Shown: positions 41,602 to 50,551 of the stretch, one piece after another
How positions within the stretch are numbered: the stretch's first letter is position 1
Layout of the letters: each line of letters opens with the position of its first letter
NCBI GenBank assembly: GCA_963766885.1
Contig: CAVYBO010000001.1
Location: 196,352 to 260,351, forward strand
Direction: 5' to 3'
DNA length: 64,000 bases
Source of the DNA: an uncultured bacterium
Lineage (GTDB): Bacteria > Patescibacteriota > Minisyncoccia > Phycocordibacterales > CAIRYW01
Made by a program: the position numbers and the translations under genes
Notes under the pieces: generated by a model
The model's input: the letters and a program-made list of their open reading frames with translations, nothing else
Databases searched by the model: none
What the model was told of the DNA's origin: nothing

Positions 41602-42195
41602 TTATACTATATTTTTACGGTAAGGATCATTATTTTGGTGCAGTGTCAAATATTCTCTAAGTTTGATGATTGCTCTCCTGTATCTGCTTTTTACCGTGTT
41701 CATTGGCTCTTTGGTTAAAAGCGAGATTTCCTCAAACGTCATTCCTGTTTCGTGCCTCAAAGCCACAATTTCCCTGTATTTTTTGGGTAAGCTTTTGATT
41801 GACTGCCCGAATATTTCTGCGTTTTCTTTTTCTTCAAAAACACTGTCGGCAAGAGGCATCGTGTCCGCGATGTTTTCTTCAAAGGTTGTATCGTTTTCAT
41901 CATTATCTAATTCTGAAAAAACCATGCTTTTTTTCTTGCGCATATAGTCATACGTCGTATTTCTGGCAATGGTAAAAATCCAAACTCTGAAGTTTTTTGT
42001 CTGGTCATATTTTTTTATATTCTTCCAAGCTTTGAGAAATGTCTCTTGAACAATGTCTTCAGACGCTTCCTGTTTGCCGCAAAGTCTAAAAACAAAAGAA
42101 TATATTGCTTTGGTGTGTCTGGCTACGAGCGCTTGAAAAGCGCTTTCGTTCCCATTTATGTATTCCTTTATTAATTCGTTGTCATCTTTCTCCAT
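41602..42195 (-). CDS. ECF RNA polymerase sigma factor
   Basis: AF..LV.RH, EDIVQETFLKAW, W.FTIARN...D, EIS......NTVKSR. Confidence 0.95.
   Translation of the reverse strand: MEKDDNELIKEYINGNESAFQALVARHTKAIYSFVFRLCGKQEASEDIVQETFLKAWKNIKKYDQTKNFRVWIFTIARNTTYDYMRKKKSMVFSELDNDENDTTFEENIADTMPLADSVFEEKENAEIFGQSIKSLPKKYREIVALRHETGMTFEEISLLTKEPMNTVKSRYRRAIIKLREYLTLHQNNDPYRKNIV
41616..41642 (-). promoter_or_regulatory. candidate ECF promoter inside the 3' end of the sigma gene
   Basis: TGCACC-N17-CGTA on the minus strand, similar to SigW-type TGAAAC..CGTA, just upstream of the anti-sigma/MacAB genes. Confidence 0.45.
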
Positions 42196-42277
42196 ACTTT
42201 AATTGTAAGTCTTTTTTCATTATATAAAAGTTTTCAGCTTGTTTTTGTTTTATCTGATTAGAGGTTAAAATGTCTGC

Positions 42278-43102
42278 ATGACTGAACATAAGCATGTAAA
42301 GAATTATCAAAGACGGTGGAGTATAAGCTATGCATCCACTCCAATACAAAAGTTCTATTCTTTTTTTCTAGTACCGCTTTTTGTAGTGTTGTTAATATAC
42401 TTGGCATTCAAAATTTTTCCAAATTTTAACCAATCTACAAATGGAAATTTTTCTATAGAATATGTTTTCTTTGCGGTCTTAAGCACACTCGTCAGACTTT
42501 TGATCGCATATTTTCTTTCGGTGATTATTGCTTTTCCTCTTGCCGTGCTTGCGGTTTATAATCGTTTCTTTGAAGCAATACTTCTTCCGCTTTTTGACAT
42601 CATCCAATCAATGCCGGTATTGGCCCTTTTTCCAATAGTGGTTTTGCTTTTTGTCAGATTTGGAATGTATAACGGAGCCGCAATATTTATTTTGTTTTTA
42701 AGCATGCTTTGGAATATCGTTTTTACTTTGGTTGGCGGCCTCAAAATTATTCCCAAAGACATCACTTACGCGGCAGAAGTTTTTGGTATCAAAGGATTTT
42801 CATATTTCAGGAAAGTTATTATTCCGGGAGTTTTTCCAGAGTTGGTTACTGGATCAATCTTGGCTTTTTCACAAGGCTGGAACCTTACAATTGTTGCTGA
42901 GGCCATACATACTTACATTCCAGGCGGCAAGGAAAGCCAAGATCTTTTTGGAATCGGCAGCGCTTTGGTTCATGCTTCGGCTGGAGCAAACGGCACATTG
43001 TTTGTTTATGCTGTTGTGGCCATGACGGTGGTAATTGGATTAATGAATTTATTAATTTGGCAGAGACTTTTACATTATGCAGAACGATTCAGATTTGAAT
43101 AA
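42278..43102 (+). CDS. ABC importer permease (nitrate/sulfonate family)
   Basis: QS.P.LA.FP; EAA-like loop YAAEVFG..G...FRKVIIP; IVAE. Confidence 0.88.
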   Translation: MTEHKHVKNYQRRWSISYASTPIQKFYSFFLVPLFVVLLIYLAFKIFPNFNQSTNGNFSIEYVFFAVLSTLVRLLIAYFLSVIIAFPLAVLAVYNRFFEAILLPLFDIIQSMPVLALFPIVVLLFVRFGMYNGAAIFILFLSMLWNIVFTLVGGLKIIPKDITYAAEVFGIKGFSYFRKVIIPGVFPELVTGSILAFSQGWNLTIVAEAIHTYIPGGKESQDLFGIGSALVHASAGANGTLFVYAVVAMTVVIGLMNLLIWQRLLHYAERFRFE

Positions 43103-43822
43103 AAAAGAAAAAAAAGCGGAATTATAATTTTTAATTCCGTTGAAAAAATTTACGAAGGCGAAAAGACGGACGCCTTGGCGGATATTTCTTTGTCTGTCCA
43201 AACAGGAGAATTTGTCTGCCTTATCGGCGCATCCGGCTGCGGCAAAACCACAATCCTTAAAATCATTGCCGGACTTGAAAAGCAAACTGCGGGCAAAGTT
43301 ATTAAGCCAGAAAAAATTTCTATGTGCTTTCAATCCGGAGCCCTGTTTCCTTGGCTTTCAGTTTTTGAAAACGTGGCGATGGGATTGCGGCAAATTGGCG
43401 TAAGTGGGGAAAAATTAACTCATGAAGTTCACAAATATCTTTCAATGGTCAACATTACAGAGTTGAGGGAAAAGTTTCCAAGCGAGCTTTCTGGAGGGCA
43501 AAAACAAAGAGTTGGAATTGCCAGAGCTTTGTCAGTTGAGCCGGAAGTTTTGCTTTTGGATGAACCGTTTTCTGCACTTGATGAAAAGACAACAGCCGAG
43601 CTTCACGATGACATGCTCAAAATTTGGAAGGAGACAAATAAAACTATTGTCATGGTATCGCACATAATTGAAGAAGCGGTGACTTTGGGTGAAAGGGTGA
43701 TTCTAATAAAAGAAGGGAAAGTTGTAGAAGATTTCAAAATCACTTTACCATATCCACGCCGCGAACAAGAAGCTGACTTTGCCCACCAAGTAATGAAAAT
43801 CCGCAGAGCGTTTTTCGCTTGA
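43095..43822 (+). CDS. ABC importer ATP-binding protein (NitT/TauB family); start ambiguous
   Basis: GASGCGKTT, LFPWLSV.ENV, LSGGQKQRVGIARAL, LLDEPFSALD; conserved IIFNSVEKIY lies upstream of the called TTG at 43175. Confidence 0.9.
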
Positions 43823-43830
43823 ATTTCTAT

Positions 43831-43887
43831 TTGACTTCTTTTTGTAAGTATAATATACTTAGACCGTCTAAATGTTAGGCAATCTAA
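43831..43887 (+). promoter_or_regulatory. sigma70 promoter plus tandem palindromic MarR-type operators
   Basis: TTGACT-N17-TATACT; TTAG-N5-CTAA at 43859-43871 and 43875-43887. Confidence 0.75.
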
Positions 43888-43889
43888 CT

Positions 43890-44327
43890 ATGATTAAAAA
43901 GTCGGAAAAAATAATAAAAAGGAAAAGCAACGGCAAGATAACCCCAATGGTTTTTCGCTTGACCCAGCTCATAAAAGAAGAAGCCAATAAAGGCAATGGA
44001 AATATATCTTCAATGATGCAAGGCAGATGTTTGTATTTTATAGATCAAGACGGCGAGCCGACGATGAAAAAGCTGGCAGAATATTTTTGTATTACGCCAC
44101 CTTCGGCCACATCTGTGATTGAAGGGATGATAAAGCTTGGGTTTGTTATAAGAAAATCAAGCCAAAAGGACAGGCGAACAGTTCAGCTTGCTATCACGCC
44201 AAAAGGAAAGAAAGAATTGGAAAAATCAATGAATTTGGCCGAAAAAGCTTTGAATAAGTTGATTGTGCATTTATCAAAAAGCGAAAAGGAGAGTTTTTCA
44301 AATATCCTTGAAAAAATTACGCGGTAA
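43890..44327 (+). CDS. MarR-family transcriptional regulator
   Basis: TMKKLAEY..ITPPSAT..I..M...G.V.R.....DRR.V.L.IT.KG. Confidence 0.92.
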   Translation: MIKKSEKIIKRKSNGKITPMVFRLTQLIKEEANKGNGNISSMMQGRCLYFIDQDGEPTMKKLAEYFCITPPSATSVIEGMIKLGFVIRKSSQKDRRTVQLAITPKGKKELEKSMNLAEKALNKLIVHLSKSEKESFSNILEKITR

Positions 44328-44360
44328 AAATTATAAAAAATTTATAAAAGCAAATAATTT

Positions 44361-45893
44361 ATGAAAAACGTATTCAAAATGAAAGGACCGGTTATGGTGA
44401 TGAGCATCGCAGGAATTATTGCAGTGGCGGCAATTGCTTTTGCTTTTGTTTATAAAAGCGGGGCAAAGCTTACAAATGAAGTTGCAGTGTCAAAAATGAA
44501 TTTGACAGAAGAAGTTACTGCTACAGGCCAAGTTGATGCCGCACAGGATTTGCAGTTATCTTTTAATAGTAGTGGAGAAATTGCTGACGTAAACGCCCAA
44601 GTTGGTGATCATGTTTCGGCTGGAGAAACAATCGCAGCCTTAGATTCTTCAGAATTAAATGCTTCACTTCTCTCAGCTCAAGCAGACCTGACCAAGGCCC
44701 AAATAGGCCTTTCAGATGTTCAGTTGGCAACCTCTTCAACTTCGTTTGGAGACCAGACAATGCAGCAGTCGTCTGTTTCATCAGCACGATCAACTCTTGT
44801 TTCTACGCTTCAAAATGATTATGTGCAGATAAGTAATGCTTACGGCCAATATATTGAGCAATTTACAAACAACAATGCCAATAATCCTGCTTTCGGTGCG
44901 ACAGTTAATGAAAATGGCGGAGCCTATTACATTCAAGGGACACCAGAGCAGGCAGATAATTTGACTGATGAAATTTCTAATGTTTCTGCATTGATAAAAA
45001 ATTGGAGCACAGCTGATAACTCGCTTCAGAGCGATGCGGATATTTACAGCGCATCAGATTCTGCAGAAAATACCATCAACGCCTTTAATACTCTTTTATC
45101 AGATACGCATACAGTTGTAAGTTCTTACACTATAAACAATCAGACAGACCAAACTGTTTATGGAACTTACGAAGGCTACATTTCTTCTTATCAAGGCATT
45201 GCAAGTCAGGCGCTCTCGGCACTTCAGGCCGCAAAAACTGCATATCAATCAGGAATTGCTTCTGCTAGTCCAAATTCCGTAGCGCTTCAACAAACATCAG
45301 TAGAAAGCGCAAATGCAAATGTCATGGCAATTCAGGCCGAGATAAACAATGGAATTATCTCTGCCCCTATTAATGGCACTATAACTTTACAAAATGCAAA
45401 AGTTGGTGAAGCGGCGTCCGCTGGTGTGCCTTTGGTGTCAATGATTTCAAATGGAAAATTCCAAATTGATGCATACGTTTCGGAAGCGGATATTGGCAAA
45501 GTTAAAGTTGGAGACAGCGCAACCGTGACTTTGGACGCGTACGGAGACTCTGTGCCATTTCAAGCTACTGTGATTACAGTTGATCCAGCGGAGACAGTGG
45601 TGAACGGAGTCGGAAATTACAAAGTCACTTTGCAGTTTAACAATGAAGACAATAGGATAAAAACGGGCATGACAGCAGAAGTAGATATTTTCACAGCAAC
45701 AAGAACCAATGTTCTTGCGGTGCCGTTTGGTTCAATAATAAAAAACGGCGATGATGATTTTGTTTTGGTTGATCTAGGAAATGGAAAAACAGAACAAAAG
45801 CAAGTTCAGGTTGGCATTACTGGATCAAATGGTTATGTTGAAATATTATCAGGCTTAAATGATGGCGATAAAATTGTCGCTTTTGGCAATTAA
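44361..45893 (+). CDS. HlyD/efflux adaptor protein
   Basis: VGD.V.AGE.IA.LD, APINGTI, KTGMTA, SGL..GD. Confidence 0.9.
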   Translation: MKNVFKMKGPVMVMSIAGIIAVAAIAFAFVYKSGAKLTNEVAVSKMNLTEEVTATGQVDAAQDLQLSFNSSGEIADVNAQVGDHVSAGETIAALDSSELNASLLSAQADLTKAQIGLSDVQLATSSTSFGDQTMQQSSVSSARSTLVSTLQNDYVQISNAYGQYIEQFTNNNANNPAFGATVNENGGAYYIQGTPEQADNLTDEISNVSALIKNWSTADNSLQSDADIYSASDSAENTINAFNTLLSDTHTVVSSYTINNQTDQTVYGTYEGYISSYQGIASQALSALQAAKTAYQSGIASASPNSVALQQTSVESANANVMAIQAEINNGIISAPINGTITLQNAKVGEAASAGVPLVSMISNGKFQIDAYVSEADIGKVKVGDSATVTLDAYGDSVPFQATVITVDPAETVVNGVGNYKVTLQFNNEDNRIKTGMTAEVDIFTATRTNVLAVPFGSIIKNGDDDFVLVDLGNGKTEQKQVQVGITGSNGYVEILSGLNDGDKIVAFGN

Positions 45894-45910
45894 ATAACAT
45901 TGTAAATAAC

Positions 45911-46633
45911 ATGGTTGAATCAGAAAAAAATCAAATTATTGAGCAAGGAAAAGAAATTCTTAAAGAAGAAAAGCAGATTTTGAATGAAGTAAAAAACGAA
46001 GAAAAAGAAATCAAAAAAGAGGGCAGAAGCGTCTGGGTTCTGACAATCCTTATTTGTTTTTTTGTTCTTGCTATCGGAGGAGGCTTCTTGTATTTGATGA
46101 TATCAAATCAAACTGTTTATACAGAAAATGCTTTAATACAGGCCCCGAACATAAATTTGAGTTCTACTAGCGGAGGAGAACTGCAGCAAGTGTATGTGCA
46201 TGAAGGAGATTTTATAAAAGCCAATACCGTTGTTGCAAGAGTTGGAAATGAATTGATAAAAACTCAAGTGGATAGCGAGGTGCTGACCATAAACAACGAT
46301 ATAGGCGCGATTTTTACTCCAGGAGAAACGGTCGCAACTGTCATTGATCCAACACAACTGCGTGTGGTGGGTGAAGTTGACGAAAACAAAGGCTTAAGCG
46401 ATATAAAAGTTGGCCAAGAAGCCAAATTTACAGTTGATGCTTTTGGTTCCGAGAAATTCTATGGAGTTGTTGATGAAATTAGTCCGACTGCTGTGCAGCA
46501 AGATGTTGTTTTTAATGTTTCTGATGCAAGAGAAGAAAATCAATTTGATGTTAAAGTCAGGTTTGACACGACTCTTTATCCGCAGCTTAAAAACGGAATG
46601 TCTGCAAAACTTTGGGTCTATAAAAATTCCTAA
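45911..46633 (+). CDS. EmrA-like adaptor protein (no helical hairpin)
   Basis: TM, lipoyl and beta-barrel segments, IKVGQ.A.FTVDAF, LKNGMSA. Confidence 0.8.
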   Translation: MVESEKNQIIEQGKEILKEEKQILNEVKNEEKEIKKEGRSVWVLTILICFFVLAIGGGFLYLMISNQTVYTENALIQAPNINLSSTSGGELQQVYVHEGDFIKANTVVARVGNELIKTQVDSEVLTINNDIGAIFTPGETVATVIDPTQLRVVGEVDENKGLSDIKVGQEAKFTVDAFGSEKFYGVVDEISPTAVQQDVVFNVSDAREENQFDVKVRFDTTLYPQLKNGMSAKLWVYKNS

Positions 46634-46639
46634 AATAAA

Positions 46640-48139
46640 ATGGCAGAAGCCACGCCAGCAAAAAATAAAAATGACAACCTAAAATGGTGGATTCTTGCCA
46701 CCGTCATTCTGGGTACATTTTTAGGAAGGCTTGATCAAACAATTGTAAACCTGGCTCTTCCAAAAATTATCACGGACTTTAGCATCACAGTTGATTCGGC
46801 TGGATGGATTGCCACCGCTTACATTATTGCAAACGCTATTTTTGTTCCTGTTTGGGGCAAGCTTGGTGACACGGCAGGAAGAAAGAAAGTCTACATTTCA
46901 GGTTTCGTGATTTTTATTGTCGGTTCCGTGCTTGCAGGACTTTCCTGGAATTTAACTTCAATGATTATTTTTAGAGTTATTCAAGCAATTGCCAGCTCTG
47001 CTGATTATCCAACAGCGATGGCAATTTTAGCCGTCACTTTCAAAGAAGGCAAAGAACGCGCGCAGGCTCTGGGTTTTTGGTCGGCGTCTTTTGCGGTGGC
47101 AAGCGTTTTTGGTCCGCTGATTGGCGGACCACTAATAGATACTTTTGGCTGGAGATCAGTATTTTTGGTTAATCTGCCAGTCGGACTTGTCGGATTGCTT
47201 ATGGCAATAATATTTGTGGAGGAGTCAACGTCCTTGGTCAAAGATGAATCGTTTGACTGGTTCGGCGCAAGTTCCTTAGGAATTTTTCTTGCCTCAATTG
47301 TTCTTGTTCTTGATCAGGGTTCAGGATGGGGATGGCTTTCACTGCCTATAATTCTTTGGTATTTAATAGCGTTAATAAGCGGCGTAGCATTTTATTTTAT
47401 TGAGAAATATCAAAAGGCTCCAATTGTAGATTTTAAATTCTTTAGCAATACGCTTTTTGTAGGCACTTTAGTCAACAATTTTGTGACTTTTATGGGACTT
47501 ATGGGCAGTGTCTTTTTGATTCCTATATTTAGTCAGACATTTTTGGGATACACCGCCACGCAATCTGGAGATTTGTTTATTCCTATGGCATTGATATTTT
47601 TGGTTGCCGCGCCACTGGGAGGAACTTTTATCGGCAAAATAAAGTCGCAATATATTATCTTTGTAAGCACTTTTATCGGCGCCGCAGGTTTGTTTTTCTT
47701 GGTCAGGATTGATCCTAGGAGCACCGCTATAGATATAATGTGGCCAATTTGCGTGATGGCTTTTGGTATGGGTTTTGGTATGGCTCAAAGGACAAACGCA
47801 ATTGCCGTATCTGTGCCGCAAAATGAGATAGGTGTTGCGTCTTCAATTCTGGCTCTTGTTAGAAATATCGCCGGAGCTTTTGGTATTGCTATTTTTGCAA
47901 GTCTCTTAAATGTTTTTACAGACAATAACGTAATAAAAATTTCTCAGTTCAGCACTTTTAATTTCCAATCAGCAACTGATTTTAAAACAGCAATAGGATT
48001 AATAATTCTCAAAGCAGATGTTTCTGCTTATTCCGAAGTATTTTTTATTGCTGCAACTCTGATGCTCATCGGCTCGTTTACGGCTTTTATGATACGAACA
48101 GGGCATCAATTCTCTGATGTGGAAATGTTTGTGGAGTAG
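46640..48139 (+). CDS. DHA2/EmrB-QacA MFS efflux permease
   Basis: LD.TIVNLALP, GKL.D..GRKK, GPLIGG.L....GWRSVFLVNLPVG. Confidence 0.94.
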   Translation: MAEATPAKNKNDNLKWWILATVILGTFLGRLDQTIVNLALPKIITDFSITVDSAGWIATAYIIANAIFVPVWGKLGDTAGRKKVYISGFVIFIVGSVLAGLSWNLTSMIIFRVIQAIASSADYPTAMAILAVTFKEGKERAQALGFWSASFAVASVFGPLIGGPLIDTFGWRSVFLVNLPVGLVGLLMAIIFVEESTSLVKDESFDWFGASSLGIFLASIVLVLDQGSGWGWLSLPIILWYLIALISGVAFYFIEKYQKAPIVDFKFFSNTLFVGTLVNNFVTFMGLMGSVFLIPIFSQTFLGYTATQSGDLFIPMALIFLVAAPLGGTFIGKIKSQYIIFVSTFIGAAGLFFLVRIDPRSTAIDIMWPICVMAFGMGFGMAQRTNAIAVSVPQNEIGVASSILALVRNIAGAFGIAIFASLLNVFTDNNVIKISQFSTFNFQSATDFKTAIGLIILKADVSAYSEVFFIAATLMLIGSFTAFMIRTGHQFSDVEMFVE

Positions 48140-48155
48140 TCTGTTTTAATTTTGG

Positions 48156-48551
48156 TTACTTCTCAATCTCATTTTCAATAAATTTATCAAGAGTAAAAAA
48201 GTCATCACCGTTTAGGAAAATAGTAATCATGGCAATTGAAAGTCCAAAGTCGCGCACTCCTATACTATTCCATCCGACAATGTACATGATGTCCAATATA
48301 TGAAGTGTAAGAATAAGGGCAACAAATTGTGTAAAAAATCCAAGGAGAAGTGCCGCACCGAACGTGATTTCAAATATGCCGTTTAAGAAAACTATTGTGG
48401 AAATACTAAGCCCGGAAAGACTTGAAACCCATTGGGGTACGTAATCAAGCCATTGTGATGTATCGGAAATTTGATTTATGCCAAACCAGATAAAGACAAG
48501 GGCGATGCCTATGCGGAGTACCACGGGAGAGAATTTTTTTAGTTTTTTCAC
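48156..48551 (-). CDS. DoxX-family membrane protein
   Basis: LRIG.ALVF.WFG, G.FE...G..LLLG, RD.GL. Confidence 0.85.
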   Translation of the reverse strand: MKKLKKFSPVVLRIGIALVFIWFGINQISDTSQWLDYVPQWVSSLSGLSISTIVFLNGIFEITFGAALLLGFFTQFVALILTLHILDIMYIVGWNSIGVRDFGLSIAMITIFLNGDDFFTLDKFIENEIEK

Positions 48552-48594
48552 GGTTTTATTTTATGTATATTATTTTAACATTTTTACAAATAAA

Positions 48595-49491
48595 TTATTC
48601 TTCAAAAAAGTTGCCAGGAAATTTTTTTGACATAAATGCCGTGCGATCTTTGTAAACAATGGCATATTCAAAATCAAATTCCTTTAAAAGTTTTTCAGGT
48701 TCTGTAAAAAATAGTGCAGTAGAAAGTCCGTCAGAAACAGCTGTTGTATCAGCTACGACCCAAAGGGCAAGTATATGATCGGGAGACTGAAGGGTTTTTG
48801 GATCAATAATGTGATGATATTTTCCCCAAGCACGGCGGTTTATTGCTGATCCGCAAATGCTTTGATTTAAAATTTCTGCCACGCCTAACACTTTTTTGGA
48901 ATCGTCGGGATCTTCAAGTCCAACTTTTAGTTTTTGGCCAATTTCGTTTTTGTGGGCAATGTCTCCTCCGGCGTTGACTGTGAAATTTTGAATTCCACTT
49001 TCTTGAATTAAAGCTGCAAGAATGTCTACGAGGTATCCCTTTCCGACAGCGCCAAAATCCAAAATAATAGGTTTTTTAACTTTGAGTATTGGATGATTGT
49101 ACTCTAAAACATCTTCCCATTTTTTTGCAGGAGAGATGTTTTCTTTCGGCTTCAGGGAATATTTTGCATCATATCCGGCTTCAGAAAGCACGTCTCCAAT
49201 AAGGGGTGTGACTTTGCCTTCTGTAATTTCATATAATTTTTTATACAAATACATCATAAGTGATGCATCATCGGGTAGTTTATAAGCGCCCGAAACTTTT
49301 GAAATTTCTGTTACCAGAGAATCGTCTCTAAAACGCGAGTACGTCTTATCAAACTCTTCAATTCGTTTTTTTATCAGATCAGAAATTTTTTCAGAGGTTT
49401 CTTCTGTGGCATCCCAAAGATCAATTTTCCAAGAAGTTCCTATCCCAGGAAAATTAAGTGTGATTTTGTTATCACTAAGCTTTGGCTTCAC
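48595..49491 (-). CDS. apbE: FAD:protein FMN transferase (ApbE family)
   Basis: SRF..DS, LDFGAVGKGYLVD, AGGD, HHIIDP.T, D.LSTALF. Confidence 0.92.
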   Translation of the reverse strand: MKPKLSDNKITLNFPGIGTSWKIDLWDATEETSEKISDLIKKRIEEFDKTYSRFRDDSLVTEISKVSGAYKLPDDASLMMYLYKKLYEITEGKVTPLIGDVLSEAGYDAKYSLKPKENISPAKKWEDVLEYNHPILKVKKPIILDFGAVGKGYLVDILAALIQESGIQNFTVNAGGDIAHKNEIGQKLKVGLEDPDDSKKVLGVAEILNQSICGSAINRRAWGKYHHIIDPKTLQSPDHILALWVVADTTAVSDGLSTALFFTEPEKLLKEFDFEYAIVYKDRTAFMSKKFPGNFFEE

Positions 49492-49963
49492 TTTTTATTT
49501 GGGCAACGGCGTTGTCAAATCCCATTGGAGTCAATGATGATCCTGAAATATCCCCAGAAAGTTCAACGTCGTCGATATTTTTGCCAATGACAAGCGATTT
49601 ATATCCGCCTACAAATTGATTTTGATGTTTTTGAGATATCGGATCGGTCGCTTCTGGAGTAACCGTAGCATCTGTGATTATGTCCTCTTTTAAGGTTATC
49701 GAAACTTCAATGTTTTCTTTGCCGGCAGGAGAATTGTAAGTGCCAGTTGCAGAGTAAGTACCGTCTTTGTATGTAGCAACTGTCGGGACGTTTGGTGTTG
49801 AACTTGAAACTGTTTCTGTTTGAGGGGGGGTGTAAGAATTTGTGTTTTCGGTATTGTTTGCAATCTGAGGGCTTCCTTTGCGGCCAAGCATAGCAATCAA
49901 AATAGCTCCTATGACTACGACTGCGATTACAATAATACTAACGATAAGTCTGTTTTTTTTCAT
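49475..49963 (-). CDS. membrane-anchored FMN-binding domain protein
   Basis: YKDGTY.ATG.Y, I.V.ITL....IT, ISGSSLT..GF..AV; overlaps apbE start. Confidence 0.85.
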   Translation of the reverse strand: MKKNRLIVSIIVIAVVVIGAILIAMLGRKGSPQIANNTENTNSYTPPQTETVSSSTPNVPTVATYKDGTYSATGTYNSPAGKENIEVSITLKEDIITDATVTPEATDPISQKHQNQFVGGYKSLVIGKNIDDVELSGDISGSSLTPMGFDNAVAQIKSEAKA

Positions 49964-49973
49964 TTATTTTAAT

Positions 49974-50546
49974 TTACTTGATTAATAGATACGAAAGCAG
50001 ATGGGTATTGGTGCTAAAAAATAAAACCAACGCGGCGATTATTATAACAACTTCTATCCAGAATGTAATCATTTTTGGATAGGTTTTAGTTGCAAAATAA
50101 AAGTGAGCCTTAAAAAATTTAGCTTTTGTGTCGTGGTAATTTATAATTTCCTTTTTAAAAGCAATTCTTTCAAGGTAAAAAGGCCAGAGCCAAGGCACGC
50201 CGTATTCAATCGAATCCAAAGCAAAATGACTCCATGTTCCCAAAAATAGAGAAGCGGCAAGCATCCTGCCGAAGTTAGTTGTGGCTAGAGCGTAAAAAAA
50301 GGCGCTTAAAAGAAGCCAGAGAATAGGAGCGTGGGTGATGTACAATCGGTGGTTTTCGTTTGGGTTTAGCTTGCCTATTTTTCCTCTGAAAAAATAATAA
50401 GCCAAATCAATATCGGGCAATGCTCCTGAAATTGTGCCGCAGAAGAGTACAATACTGTTTTGATCTGCTGTTAGATGAGCATTTACTATTTCAAGAAGAG
50501 CTGTGGTTACCAAATATCCTGCTGCAAGGTGTCCAGATGGAAGCAT
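49974..50546 (-). CDS. membrane metal-dependent hydrolase (YdjM-like)
   Basis: GH, LPDID, HR..ITH, SHF.LD, WLWPF. Confidence 0.85.
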   Translation of the reverse strand: MLPSGHLAAGYLVTTALLEIVNAHLTADQNSIVLFCGTISGALPDIDLAYYFFRGKIGKLNPNENHRLYITHAPILWLLLSAFFYALATTNFGRMLAASLFLGTWSHFALDSIEYGVPWLWPFYLERIAFKKEIINYHDTKAKFFKAHFYFATKTYPKMITFWIEVVIIIAALVLFFSTNTHLLSYLLIK

Positions 50547-50551
50547 GTGCT

